This document shows, piece after piece, positions 44,855 through 57,846 of a DNA stretch of 64,000 bases; position 1 is the first letter of the stretch; every line of letters starts with the position of its first letter. Source of the stretch: the human T2T-CHM13v2.0 reference genome, Homo sapiens. The notes under the pieces were generated by a model. The model worked only from the letters and a program-made list of their open reading frames with translations, was not told the origin of the DNA and made no database searches. The DNA lies in assembly GCF_009914755.1 (NCBI RefSeq), contig NC_060947.1. One strand, given 5' to 3'. The position numbers and the translations under genes were made by a program.

Positions 44855-45240
44855 CTTTTTTTTTTTTTTCTTTATTGAGACAGAGTCTTGCTCTGTCTGC
44901 CAGACTGGAGTGCAGTGGCGGGATCTCGCCTCACTGCAAGCTCTGCCTCCTGGGTTCACACCATTCTCCTGCTTCAGCCCCCTGAGTAGCTGGGACTACA
45001 GGTGCCTGCCACCACGCCCGGCTAATTTTTTGTATTTTGTTTGTTTGTTTTTAGTAGAGACAGGGTTTCATCGTGTTAGCTACCCACAGTAGCTGGGACT
45101 GCTAATTTTTTGTATTTGTTTGTTTGTTTGTTTGTTTTTAGTAGGACGGGGTTTCACCGTGTTAGCCAGGTCGATCTCCTGACCTTGTGATCTGCCCGCC
45201 TCGGCCTCCCAAAGTGCTGGGATTACAGGCTTGAGCCACT
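44855..45240 (-). mobile_element. Rearranged AluY with a duplicated linker region
   Basis: GCAAGCTCTGCCTCCTGGGTTCACACCATTCTCC (Y-type); linker with (GTTT)n occurs twice. Confidence 0.92.
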
Positions 45241-45542
45241 GATTATCAATTTGCCTTTCCAATGTTAAATCTCCAATAATTTTTAAAGGAAGTATTGTTA
45301 TAGTGAGAGACAGACACCTATGACACATCCATGGAGCAGAATAATGAATGCAAAAACAGCAATGAATTTAGATCCAAATGTAACATATTAAAAAGATTTC
45401 ATTTCAAATAAGGGCAAAAATAGTTTATTTTTCAAATGATGTTTGTAATTATGATACCATTTAGAAAGAAAAAAGTTAGGTACCTACTATATAGCATACA
45501 CCTAAGTTAACTTTAGGCGGGTTAAAAATGTTAATGTAGGAA

Positions 45543-45654
45543 GGCAGAAGGCGGAGAATTGCTTGAACCCAGGAGTCAGAGCTGCAATGAGCCAGGATCG
45601 CACCACTGCACTCCAGCTTGGGTGACAGAGCGAGACTCCTTCTTAAAAAAAAAA
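45543..45654 (+). mobile_element. 5'-truncated Alu right arm (Y-like)
   Basis: GAGAATTGCTTGAACCCAGGAG...GACAGAGCGAGACTCC; TSD AAAAATGTTAAT. Confidence 0.9.
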
Positions 45655-46784
45655 TGTTAATATAAAAATAAAGTTGCAAAAGTACTAGAGAAAATGTTAC
45701 ATGAACATTAATATAGCATTGGAGTGAAAAAAATGCTTTAAAGTTATAAACCATAAAGGAAGAAAGGCATACTGGAAAATGACTAATGAATTTAACTATA
45801 TCATAACATTTAAAGGTTGTTCTTAAATATTTGAACTACTACCCAAGAATGCCCAAAGCCCGTGGTGGAAATTCTAATTTTTATTGTGATATGTTTGTCA
45901 TATTTAAATGATAGGTTTTTGTTTTAACATTCCAAAATGCAGCTCCCTTTTCTGCCTTTGACTGCCTTCTATAGAAATTCCCCCAGCTGCCAGGCCAAAT
46001 TTCTCATCCAGATTCAGGTACTCTTATTGACTATCCAATAGGGCATTGATGCTGCCAAGTTCGCATTAACTCTCTTATTAGCTTCGAGAAGACTTGAGAC
46101 AGAAGCTATCAACACTTCTTCATTGGCATCTATGTGGCTGTGAAAGATGGTCACATTTTAGTCAAAAGACATAATCCTGTCCAGTTATATTTGAAGAGAA
46201 TCATAGCTAAAGAACACATGCCATCTTCCACTCCTGTTTTTACAGTGTTCACAAATATAAAATAGTTACTAACTTCTTATACTCTTTCCACCTGTAACAT
46301 AAAGATGGAATTCTGCAGAAATTGAGAAAGAGGGCAAAAACGCGGATTTTCTGAGATAATTTAAAACAGTTAAGAATCTGCAGCCAATAAGAATTTAACT
46401 CACAAAGGCAGAGCAATTGAAACTGTTTCCGGCCATCAGTACACAAATAGCAAGCCAAGCTTCATAATTCTGTGTTTAAATGCAAGAGTTATTTAAAACA
46501 ATTTGGTTTTAGTTTATTTTCTTACATCTCTTAATTACTGCTGGAAAATATTGTCAAGGTTGGGAAGTTCTTTTAATCAAAGTCTAGAATATTAAATTTT
46601 AGAATCTATAGAGGTAGAAACATCACAACCATTTATTTACTTTTATCTTTGAATAAGCATTGGGAATTATGATTCCTTTAGTTTTCTTACCTGCAAAAAC
46701 CTGTATGTTCTTCATCTAATTCACCAAAAGTCTATTATTCTCAAAATTCTATTATTTTGAGAAATAATAGAATCAATACAGGTC

Positions 46785-46970
46785 AATTTTTAAAATGTGT
46801 GCAGGACTCAGAACCATTAATGTGCTAATGTGCATTCTGATGTTCCAAGGGGCATTCATAACATCCAGCCTGTCCTATAAATTTGAACCTAGAACCCTTT
46901 TTGCATGCAATATCTATTGAGTTCTGTTGGGAATATTGTATTACTCGAAACATAATTTTGAAAGTGCTAC
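46785..46970. mobile_element. hAT-Charlie (MER5-group) fossil
   Basis: TTTTAAAATGTGTGCAGGACTC...ATTTGAACCTAGAACCC...AAACATAATTTTGAAAGTGCT. Confidence 0.5.
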
Positions 46971-49303
46971 TATAAGAGCTTTTAGAATATGTGGTGTTAA
47001 AAGCTGTACATTATGTTAAAATAGCTCTTGCTATTAATACATCTAAATAATATTTGTTGAGGACATTCCCTTGAAGGCCCTGTGCTAAATGGCTTTGTAA
47101 CTAAACTTCTGTTCTGCTTCAGTGTTATACTGTGGATTATATCTGATGTTCATGTATGAACATAAATATGACCAGTTAAAGCAATTTCTTGCCAGCTAAA
47201 AGAGGATGTTTTATGTCTGATTATTTAATTCAAAAAGCAATTCACTGGTCTTACCTCCTTATTTGCCATTGTACATGTGGTTAATAAGTAAAATCTGAAT
47301 TCCTAACAATGTCTTTTAGATTAATATGTTTTGGTTATTGACACTTCATACATTTTTGATATGGTCAAAGTTAGTTCCTAGATAGGGAGGAGCAGGATTT
47401 TTCTCCTCTTGCTTAACTGGTTTCTAATTTCTTGTGAGATTCCTTTATGTGAGTTTCACCATACTAAAAATGGAATTATTTTAAAAAATTATAAAATAGA
47501 GTCCCCTTCTCTATTTTAACAATCAATGTACCTCTGAATCAACTGGTTATTCCCGTGATCTGTGAAGTAGTTACCGTGCTTTTCAAATTGTATTTCATGT
47601 GTGTTCAAAATGAAGGATAATGACTCACATTATAATAAATAGTATGACATTTATGACCCACAAGGAGGAGGAGTGTACAAATGAACTTTAAGGGTTTTAC
47701 CTTGAAGATTTGTGAGATACAAAGGCACAGTTTTTCTAAAACAGGAATATACCTCAGCTGTCAGGAAGAACTAGAAATTATAGTTCTGCCTTATTGGGAT
47801 ATAGCATGAGTCCAGTGACCCCTGTTCTCATTGTTCATCTATCTCCAACACTTCTTGTTAAGAAGACACAATTAGGTCAGTTTTCAATGATCCAATATGG
47901 AACACCTCTGACAAACGAGGTTTCAAATCAAGGTATCTCAGACAGTTGGCCTCCTAGCGCCCTGTCATCCCTTTGGCTTATGCCCAAATTCAGCCCAGAG
48001 CCAATTAGTGGATCACAGCCTCTAGAATGGCTTCACTCTGCTCACACTCAACAAGATCCAGACAGAGCTGCTATGCAAAAAAAAAAATGTTCACAGGGTC
48101 CTTTCGCAGAGGGGCAATGGTTTAGGTACTTTGAGACTTCATGGCGCATCAAGTACACACATGTTGAAGTAATGCAAGTGAGAAATTTTGCTGACAACTG
48201 ATGGAAAGTAACATTTAAATCTAGAGCTCTACCTTTGTGGGCAGCCTGAGACAACCCTAGATTAAACATTTTAATTTTTCTATTTACTGTTTGTAGGTTT
48301 CTGTAATTCACTGAGCCTGTTCTAATATGTACAGGTAGATATTTGCACCTAGAAAGCATGCATCTTGGATATTTATCATATATAAAGAAAAAACTATATA
48401 TACAGCCATTTAAATATGCTACAAATAGTAATAGAACACTAATAAATATGTACATGAAATGAGTATGTGTTTATCCTTAAATTAGTGGTTTGGTTTTCAA
48501 CATTGTTTTATTCCTTGACACTGTCCCCATGACCCATCATGTTCTGATCACTAATATTCTCTTTGACCAAACCATGCTTCTGCAGTGGGGGCCATTGGTA
48601 CTAGTCTTCATGTGTGGGGACAAAGGGACAGAGTTTTAAAATATACTGTTGAGACTTTTTCCAGATTAGAGTTAATTTAGCTAATGTCATCAAGACCAAT
48701 AGTTGTTAGGTTAAAGTGGGGAATCATTAAAAAATTGCACACTTGAAGTAAACATTTTACTTAAAATATACAAGTACATTCATTTATTAACCTTTTCTTC
48801 TAGGGTCAAGACCTTTTCCTTAAATATTGGATTCCTTAGTGGGCTTCTAATTCTTTCTTAAAAAAAAACTCTACCCATGATGCATCATCTACAATTTCCA
48901 ATTTCAGTTTCTCTAAAGGAGAGCAAAAGCATAACGGTAACTCTAAAGCAATATGCATATAGAAAACTTATTTATTTTTTTACTTATCCCCGTCTTTAAG
49001 AATTGACTCATCCACACCTAATTTAACAGCAGTTGTTTTAGTGACTCATTTTAACCCATTCTTTTCAAACGTTTTGTCTTACTTTTAATAGATACAACCT
49101 TTTTTTGCACTCACATTTTGTTCTTTTGTTCAATTTGTAATTGCATAATTACATTACATATTAAACTAGTATACATAGATTCTGGAATAAACATGCCAGA
49201 CTACTATTAAGTAGACAACTCACTGGTCAAGGAAGCATACAGAATGCTGAGGGAACAAACATGGCCTTTAATCCAGCAAGTCTGTTATAAAAAAAAAGCT
49301 CAC

Positions 49304-49464
49304 TCTCAAAGCCTCCTTCTGGAGTTCATAATAAATGCTTCCCAGGGAGGCAGTCCTCTGCTCTGCTTTCCTACTTCTTTTCTTCTTTGAAGGTTTCCAC
49401 TTTAAATCAGGCAATACTGTCTGTTGAATACTGTCTTTCTCCTGAATGAATTGTTTTCTTCTTC
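49304..49464 (-). other. Candidate internal exon (161 nt), purine-rich
   Basis: Minus strand reads CTGAATTCCGTTTTTACAG|GAAGAAG...TTGAGA|GTGAGC. Confidence 0.35.
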
Positions 49465-50354
49465 CTGTAAAAACGGAATTCAGGATAGTTTTAGCCCTTT
49501 GGTGTGCCCTATTTATTGAGAAGGACATTTTCTGTTATGCCCAGAAGTTTAGGAGCCTTGCATGGCTCGGGCAAGACTGAAGAAGCAGCTCACTTCAGCC
49601 TGTTTCTCTACTTTGTCCCCTTTGTGCTCTAGCTTTTCACTAGTGGAAATCGCCCACTCTATCACAAATGTTTTCAGAGGCTACAATCCAACTTAAGGAG
49701 GATAAGCTATGAGCAACTTGAACTATAATAATACATGAACATCTTGAACTATAATAGATTTAGAGGAAGTCCAAGAAGTAACAATCCTCAAAAAAAAAAA
49801 AAAAAAAAAAAATCCTGAGGCAGTCTAATGGCAACTGGCCAAAGACCAAATCAAGATATTAAAGTTGCCTGATTTAGCATCCCTCAGGAGATATGCTTCC
49901 ACCATACCCTATATGCAAACAACAACAACAAAAATAGAGCCATAAATCCCCATCCTAATTGTACAACAAAATCATCTGTGGAATTTTTAAAATGCAGATA
50001 TCTGGGTCCTCTCTAACAATTATCAAACTGAGACCTTCCAGATCAGGGGCCTAGATTTAAAAAAATGAAAAACATTATGGGTTATTACAACGGTCAGTTA
50101 CATTTGAAAAGTCAGTTTAATAAAGACATGAAATATATTTGTACTGTTGGAAAAGTGAGTTTCTAAGTGATATTTTCCTCCTTACATATGGATGTTCCTT
50201 TTAGTCTATGATAGCTTCTACCTTAAAACACACCTTCTGATGTGAATCTGCATGGGGAAAAAAGTGGTCGGCTCAGTGAATGGGTGACAGGCAAGCAGCC
50301 TCTCCTGGGAGGTTCTTTGCTGTTTCCTCTGGACCCAAAAGAGTCCTCTTGCTT

Positions 50355-50515
50355 AAACCAGCTGCTTCTCAAAACATTAAACTGCACAAGGATCATCTGG
50401 GGATAGAGTGTTATTAAAAGTAGATGTTGTTTCAGTAGGTCTGAGATGGGGCTTGAAATTTTGCATTTCCAATGAGCTCTTTGTGCTGCTCCAGAGACCA
50501 CATTGTGTAGCCAGG
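50355..50515. mobile_element. MER5A/B DNA transposon fossil
   Basis: TTCTCAAAAC...TCAGTAGGTCTGAGATGGGGCTTGAAATTTTGCATTTC...GACCACATTG. Confidence 0.8.
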
Positions 50516-52778
50516 GTTTAAGCCACATTAATCCACCAGTTTTCACCAGCTGCAACTAATTGAGTGTCAAAATTTAGGTCTACATTGTCTCTTTTCCATT
50601 TACAACTTCTAAACTTTATTAAAATCCATGAATTATTACTCTAAAAAGGAAAAAAATAAATAAAAAGAAACCCTTTTCACTTTAAACAAAGAGATAATGT
50701 GTAAGGTGTGTTCACGCTTTATGGTGTAGGTTTTTTGCCTGTGAAGACCAGGAAGTGGGTCGGCTCCTAATCAAGATCAGATCAGGTGATTCCATAATGG
50801 AACTAACCACCTACAGTTTCCCCACCAGGCTCATGTCAGTAAATGCCAGTGACTTCTTTGTTTCAGGTTTATTTGCTAACTGTAGATGTTGCAGATGATT
50901 GGTTAGTGTGAAAGCACAAACATGGTGAAAATAAAGAGGACATTTTACCTTTCTTCTAATATATTATATTTGGTGTAGCATTTCTAGTTTAATAGGAATT
51001 GTCCTCTTTTATAGTGGAATGAGTTTTGGACTGAATTCTAACCAAGAGTGTATGAATCCTTCTTAATGATAGCTGTGTTATCATGTTTCCTCATAGAGCA
51101 TAAATATTTTAGCAAATGTTGTTACTGAGTTTGTCTTCAAGCAGCCCAGTGAATGTCTGCACCCTTGAGTATTAAGGAAAAACTCATTCTTTTCACTTAT
51201 AAAAAGGCATATGATGTAGAGAACATTGGAAGCCTATCTCAAATCTTAATCTGCTTTCCCTGAGATCCCATGGGACGTATCTGCAGGCAGGGGGGTGGAA
51301 TTTACTCTCAACTTTATTGCTGCTATCTGGTACTCTTTGTCTGCATGTAGCCACCAACTTTTATTTATGAGTATTTGCTGGACCTCATGCTAGGTCCACT
51401 GATACAGCTTACAGACTTGAGAAAGATATCCTGCCTCTAAGGAGCTTATAGTCTAGTTTATCTCAATTTATACAATTTATACAAGCAACCGAGCAGAAAA
51501 TTTTACAGTTAAACGATGATGTGTTGTTTTAAAGTACTTTCAAGATTCATTGTCAGTTTGTCTTCATTTGCATTTCTGGTAACAAAGACAGAAACAGTAT
51601 AGACTAGGCAATAAGTAAGTGACAGTGTGCTGAAGGAGAAAATGATGACAAAGAAGATGGAGTTGAGATGATGGGAATTCTAATAACCCATATACCGTGT
51701 ATTAGTTCTTTATTTCTTCTACAAACATTTACTGAACACCTACTTAGGTTCAGCCAAAAAGATGACAGTTTTATGATAACAGTATGTTTCCAGTACAGTA
51801 TAATTGTTGTCACAATGAGCTGTTCACTAAAGCACGGACATTCTGTCATCTCATCTGTAAAAAGTAGATAATAATATCCTCCTTATCGAAAATCAATGAG
51901 CTGGAACAAGTGATTTCTAGTTTTCCTTCTATGCAGTAATAGCTAAGAGGGGGAGAAAGGAAATGAGAACAAATATGAGCCCGAGTTTACAATGTCTTCC
52001 TGGGACAGTATCAGAAATGAAACCTAATTTGTAGTGTCTCTGATAAAACATGAGCTTCATCTTCTCCTTCTTCCCCCAAAAGATATCAATTTTCATTTTA
52101 CCAGTTTACCCCTACTAGCTGGAGCTCAGAACATAGGCCCACATGCCTATTTCTGCCATGAGCAGAACAACTATATTTAGATATTCCAGATTGTTCTTAT
52201 TCCATAGAGGCCCAATGAATTTGGTAACTAAGACTGAATGGAACTTGGTATCTCATCAGTGCCTCTCAAAGATTTCCTTTCACTTGTTTCTTCAGGAAGA
52301 CAACTACTAGTTGGACACATAAAAGTTTTAACTGTGGCTAGGCCCCACTCTTCTCTAGTTCCCATTGGAACTAGAAACTGTTGTAAGAATGACTCCAAGG
52401 AACATTAAAGACATTTTCAGATTGACTTTGAAGGCACATATAAGTGTGTTCAATGACTTTGTAATTTGGGGAAGACTCTTAAACTCCCTATTAGCAGATT
52501 ATCATATATAACATATGAATAGACCTGTTTGAGGATGTAATGAGCTCATGCATATAAAATAACTAGTAAAGTGACCTGTACATTTTCAGCCCTCATTGTA
52601 AGCGTAATTATATTATATTATTCATCTTTTGTAGGAAAAGTTTTATTGAATTGGAGAACAACAGAAGACAAAAGCGTTCCTCCTTTCCCTTTCTAGATTT
52701 GTATATATTACAGAACACACATAAAAATGGACATTTCTCTGCAGATTATCTTACTGTTATGTATAAAAATAATAAATT

Positions 52779-52848
52779 GGCTCTCTGCCTATGGAGCAGA
52801 CATTCTTTTGTTTCTTTACTTCTCTAATAAACTTGCTTTCACTTTACC
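52779..52848 (+). mobile_element. ~70-bp ERV1 LTR fragment (MER41-like polyadenylation region)
   Basis: CTCTGCCTATGGAGCAGACATTCTTTTGTTTCTTTACTTCTCTAATAAACTTGCTTTCACTTTAC. Confidence 0.7.
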
Positions 52849-54140
52849 ATAGATAGCAATAGTAATAAGTCATGGAGAAAATTAATAACTACTTGGACTT
52901 TCTACGAAAATGTAGGGAAAGTGTATATAGATTTTTAATTGATGTTTTGATTCCAAACAAAAGAAAAAACTTCTTACAAATCATTTAATTTAAAGCTAAA
53001 AATTGCCTTAGATCACACATCTGTCCTGGTTGTACTAGGAAAATTGATATAAATATTCTCATGGCTGTCACACACCTGTTCTTCCTAAGGCAGTTCCATC
53101 TGAGGCATGATATTAAAAGGAATCAGAGGTGCTCACCAAGCAACATAACACCCTTGACTAAGACACCAACATTGTGATGATGTGTGAAATACTTACATTT
53201 CTCTATGGCTGCCATAGTACCTTATATTGGCTTCAGATCTTTTTATGTTTGTGATCTCTTTATCCATGAAATCTAGTTTATTTGCCCCCTTTTGAAAATC
53301 CATCCCCTATCCTCATTTTTAATTCATCCATTCTTCTTCCTATTCAGAGTAACCTACCTCTCTTACCAAGGGTGTGGCCAGATGTGATCTTTTTTTTTCA
53401 GGGCCTTAAATCCAGCAAATTATGTCTTGAAATAATGACACGTCATAAAGTCACTTAACTTTTTTTCCGAGTCCACCAGTTCTTTTTAACATTTTTCACT
53501 GTCTAATAAAGGGTCTAAAGCCCTGACTGGAATCCATGCATGGAGGTGTCAAAGCTTACCACTGTTATAAAAATATTTCCCCCTACATGGCATGTCTTCA
53601 TTTGGGCATGAATCATGAATTCATCCCATGCGTTCTCCTTTATTTCATGAACACCCAACTGTGTCAGAATGCCAATGACCTTCATTGGCTTGGCTAATCT
53701 ATGGATCTGAACCCTCCTGTAATCCATTAAAAGAATAATAGCAAATTGAAAGTGAATGTAAAGATACCCAATGGGACCATAAAACTAACTATTCAATGTG
53801 ACGTGCTTTGGCTTAATAGGGCTTTTATTTATTTAATTTCGAGCTCCCCTTGGTTTCTGACAGGGTTAGTGGAGGAAACAAACCCAGACATCTTGTAAGC
53901 TGTCAAGCTGATACTCATCTCAGGGGAGCTTAGAGGGTATCATGTTTTAAGTTTTATTTTTCTGGAGCTTGGAATATGTCTGCTGACAGACGGCTCCCCT
54001 GGGTTATAGCAATGCAAGGCTGTTGAGACAATTGAATAAGCTGAATTAGACAAAGGATTTTTATTACAATAACAACCAGATGGAACTTTGAAGGAAATTT
54101 TTTTTTAAGGTCTTAGAAGTTCTGTTACAGAAATCATTTA

Positions 54141-54460
<320 letters not shown>

Positions 54461-55480
54461 AAAGATATTTATGATGATTTTTCCTATTATAAGGTTAAAA
54501 AAAACAACATAAAGATCTCATTGCTCTGTTTTTTTTAATCCCTAATGATTAATATGTGGCCAGTTACAGAGACTCTTCCAGCCAACCCGTGACATATACA
54601 CATTAATAATGTTCTTTTGTATTTGCAGATCTTATTTCTTCAGAGTAATGGAAAATCCTGCCCAGTACTGTTCTATTAATCTTCATAACGAATGCTAGGG
54701 GGCTAGGTGGGCGGCATTTGGTGTTATCCACATGTAATAGATTTTTTAAAAATGGGGCAATGAAAACAAAATAAGTCTTGAAACTTGTTAACACCCACAG
54801 TGGAAGTTTAGCAGTGGAAATGAACTAATATTACCAGAAGACCTCTTATTCTCTATTGCTTTTCATGATTAGCTAGTACATTTATTATTTTTCTCATGAA
54901 TGACAAGATTGCCTGTAATGTATTTGACATGTGGTAGTTTTCCAATCTCCGGCAGGCTGTGTGCATGGGTGTGTGTGTATGTGATTAATAAATACTTAAA
55001 TATTTTTTATATAGGGATTGTTTTGCCCTCTAGAGGCAGCTCAATAGAAGGAGCATTCAATGTTAGTGATTGAAAAATGGTAGATGAAACTTGGACAGGA
55101 AAACTCGAGAGGTCCAAGGTACCTTATTTAGCTACTGCTGTCACGGTGGATCATAATGCAGTGGGACAGTCAGGACTCAAAGCCTTTCCTATAACCACAT
55201 ACGATGGATATTGAGCACAATACAGAAGCAAAAGATTTGTTTTAACTTGGATACTTCAACTGCAAGCGTCTCTGGGCCTGATATCCAGTTCAGAATTCAC
55301 TGTACTTTTTATTTCACTATCGGCTTTCCAAAATATGGTAACTAAATGAGTAAATGAAAACATGGCAATACAAACCAACACAAGTTCTTTTGCTGACAGA
55401 GCATGCAATTGCCAAGTAAAAATATTGTTCTTTATTAGGTTTCTTTTCATCGTACATGTACATATTCATTTGGAAACACA

Positions 55481-55733
55481 TTTTTTTGAGACATAATCTT
55501 GCTCTGTCACCCAGGCTGGAGTGCAGTGGTACAATCATAGCTCACTGTAGCCTCAATTTCCTAGGCTCGAGGGATCCTCCTGCCTCAGCCTTTCAAGTAA
55601 CTAGAACTACAGGCATGGGCACTTGCCGGGCTAATTTTTTAAAATTATTTTTTGTAAAGACTGGGTCACCTCAGCCTTCCAAAGAGCTGGGAAGAGCTGG
55701 GCATATAGGCAGGCATGAGCCACCATGCCCAGT
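55481..55733 (-). mobile_element. AluJ with an internal deletion in the left arm
   Basis: CAATCATAGCTCACTGTAGCCTC (J-type); TSD AAACACATTTT. Confidence 0.9.
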
Positions 55734-55883
55734 CTACAAACACATTTTAAAACCATAGGCCTTCTAGTTTTTTGTTGTTGTTGTTTAGGTTGGCTTTTGA
55801 CATGCTACTTATTGCATACTAGTCTGTCATGTTCCTAAATTCCAGTTACTCCTGTAGCCATTTTTAAAGATTATTTTTTAAAT

Positions 55884-56064
55884 TTTTCTTCCTCCTCCTC
55901 CACCTCCTCCTCCTCCTTCTTCCTCCTCCTCCTCCTCCTTCTTCCTCCTCCTCCTCCTCCTCCTTCTTCTCCTCCTTCTTCCTCCTCCTCCTCCTTCTTC
56001 TTCTTGCTTCTTTTTCTTCTTCCTCTTCTTCTCCTCCTCCTCCTCCTCCTCCTTCTTTTTCTTC
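55884..56064. repeat. (CCT/CTT)n polypyrimidine tract derived from an Alu tail
   Basis: ~180 bp almost purely C/T on the + strand, directly abutting the 3' end of an antisense Alu. Confidence 0.95.
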
Positions 56065-56335
56065 AGGCATGGCCTTGCTCTGCCACTCAGGCTGGAGAGC
56101 AGGGGTGCAATTATGGTTCACTGCAGCCTCAACCTCCATAGCTCAATCAATCCTCTTGTCTCAGCTTCCTGAGTTGCTGGGACTATAGGCATGTGTCACC
56201 ACAACTAGCTAATTAAAAAAAAAAAAATTCTTTTTAGAGACGATGGGGCCTTACTATGTTACCCAGACTGGTGTTGAACTCCTAGCCTCAAGCGATCTTC
56301 CTGCATTGGCCTCCCAAAGCCCTGGGATTGCAGGG
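56065..56335 (-). mobile_element. AluJ
   Basis: TTCACTGCAGCCTCAACCTCC...CTCAAGCGATCTTCCTGCATTGGCCTCCCAAAG. Confidence 0.92.
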
Positions 56336-56414
56336 TTCCCAAGTGGCCATATCATTGGATTTGTCTTCAGAGTGATGTACTTGTGAAACATGGATATGAA
56401 CAGGGATAGAGGGC

Positions 56415-56625
56415 AATAGCAACACATGTTTATTAAGCACTCATTGTATGCCAGGCTAAGCACTTTGTCACAGAGAGCCTATTTAATCCTCAGAAGAATA
56501 ATCCAATGAATCACTCTATTTTCTAGGTGTCAAAACCAAGTCTTAAATAAGCCAAGTAACTTACCCAGAATCATATAGCCACAGAACCGAGATTTGAATT
56601 CATACATTATGACAGAGTCAGATAA
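56415..56625 (-). mobile_element. MIR SINE
   Basis: TTTATTAAGCACTC...TTTAATCCTCA...AAGTAACTTACCCAG...GATTTGAATTC. Confidence 0.75.
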
Positions 56626-57726
56626 GCTAGCCATCCTGCCCCTACCTCCAGTTCCAGAATCAGTGATTGGCTTTGGTCTTACTCAGCACTGTCAGTTACA
56701 GAAATTGGTGTCATCAGATTATCTGTCTGCCTACCACCTCTGGAGCATGGCAATTACAGCATCATTGATTTCGATTGTCCTAAAATGGAGGAAAACTTGC
56801 TGCTGGCAAAAGGAAGACCCATAATCATTCATCAGCTCAACAGGCTTGAATGGCTAAAGTGCTCACAGCCATCTTCCTGTCTCACTAATTGCTGCCATTT
56901 AAAGATAAAGGGGGAAGAAACTACCCTTTACTTCAGTTTACAAAACCCACCGAAGTTAAGATATACCAAAGGATGTATCCAAGAACCCAGAACTTCTGGA
57001 TGGAAGGTTCTGGAATTGAATCCTCATGCCCTGCAGTATAACCTCCATACACCCACATGGCTTGGGCCTCTTAGTTTTGCTTGGCTGCTACTACTTTTAA
57101 GTAAAAAAATAAAAATTGGTTATGCAGTTTTCAGAATGTCTTTCATTTCAAATACATTCTTAATCCATCAAAAGGGACATTCTAAATAAAGACTTGTCTC
57201 TACATGATGTGTTAATGAAGAATGGCAGGGGCAAGTAAAACAAAACAAAAAGCTATGTAGTGAGGTTCTTTCAAGCCAAACCACAGCTGTTTGAAGAATG
57301 ACAATATGATATCATGCAACTGCCACTATCCCTCATTAATTGATTTTACAGATTTTTAGGTATTCACTGATGTGTCTTGTACTTATGGCTAAAAATGCAC
57401 ACTAACAATCTGTAGCAATGTTACAACACAGATAGCATATTGTCAAATGCTGCCATGGATGAAAACTTCTCATTTGCTGTGGATCTGTTAAGATAAACCT
57501 CTTGAGAATTACAGATACATTTATTATTGGCATTTTCAAAATGGCAAAGACATCTGTTGCTAAAAGTCTCTGACTGGAAAGGATTTGGGACCAAGGGTAA
57601 GGTTAGCTAACACTTCTTAAACTAGACAAGTATGAACAGTGAACATCTGAAACTACCTGTGACCACAGAGCCCAAGTAATGTTTAATGGAAGCATACATC
57701 TTTAACCATTCAATATAAATTCAACC

Positions 57727-57846
57727 TTTTTTTTTTTTTTGAGATGGAGTCTCACACTGTCGCCTGCATTGGAGTACAGTGGTGTGATCTCAGCTCACTG
57801 CAACCTCTGCCTCCTGGGTTCAAGCGATCCTCCTGCCTCAGCCTCC
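57727..57846 (-). mobile_element. 5'-truncated AluS right arm
   Basis: TSD TAAATTCAACCTTTTT on both sides. Confidence 0.93.

Noticed and set aside
46095-46150. Faint resemblance to the 3' end of a ribosomal protein (RPL9) cDNA
   Set aside because: Only a few codons match; no extended homology, poly-A or TSD
47794-48455. Two overlapping 135-aa ORFs on opposite strands
   Set aside because: No recognisable homology or convincing splice boundaries; consistent with chance
55864-56139. Poly-E/R/G ORF
   Set aside because: Translation of the Alu-derived triplet tract
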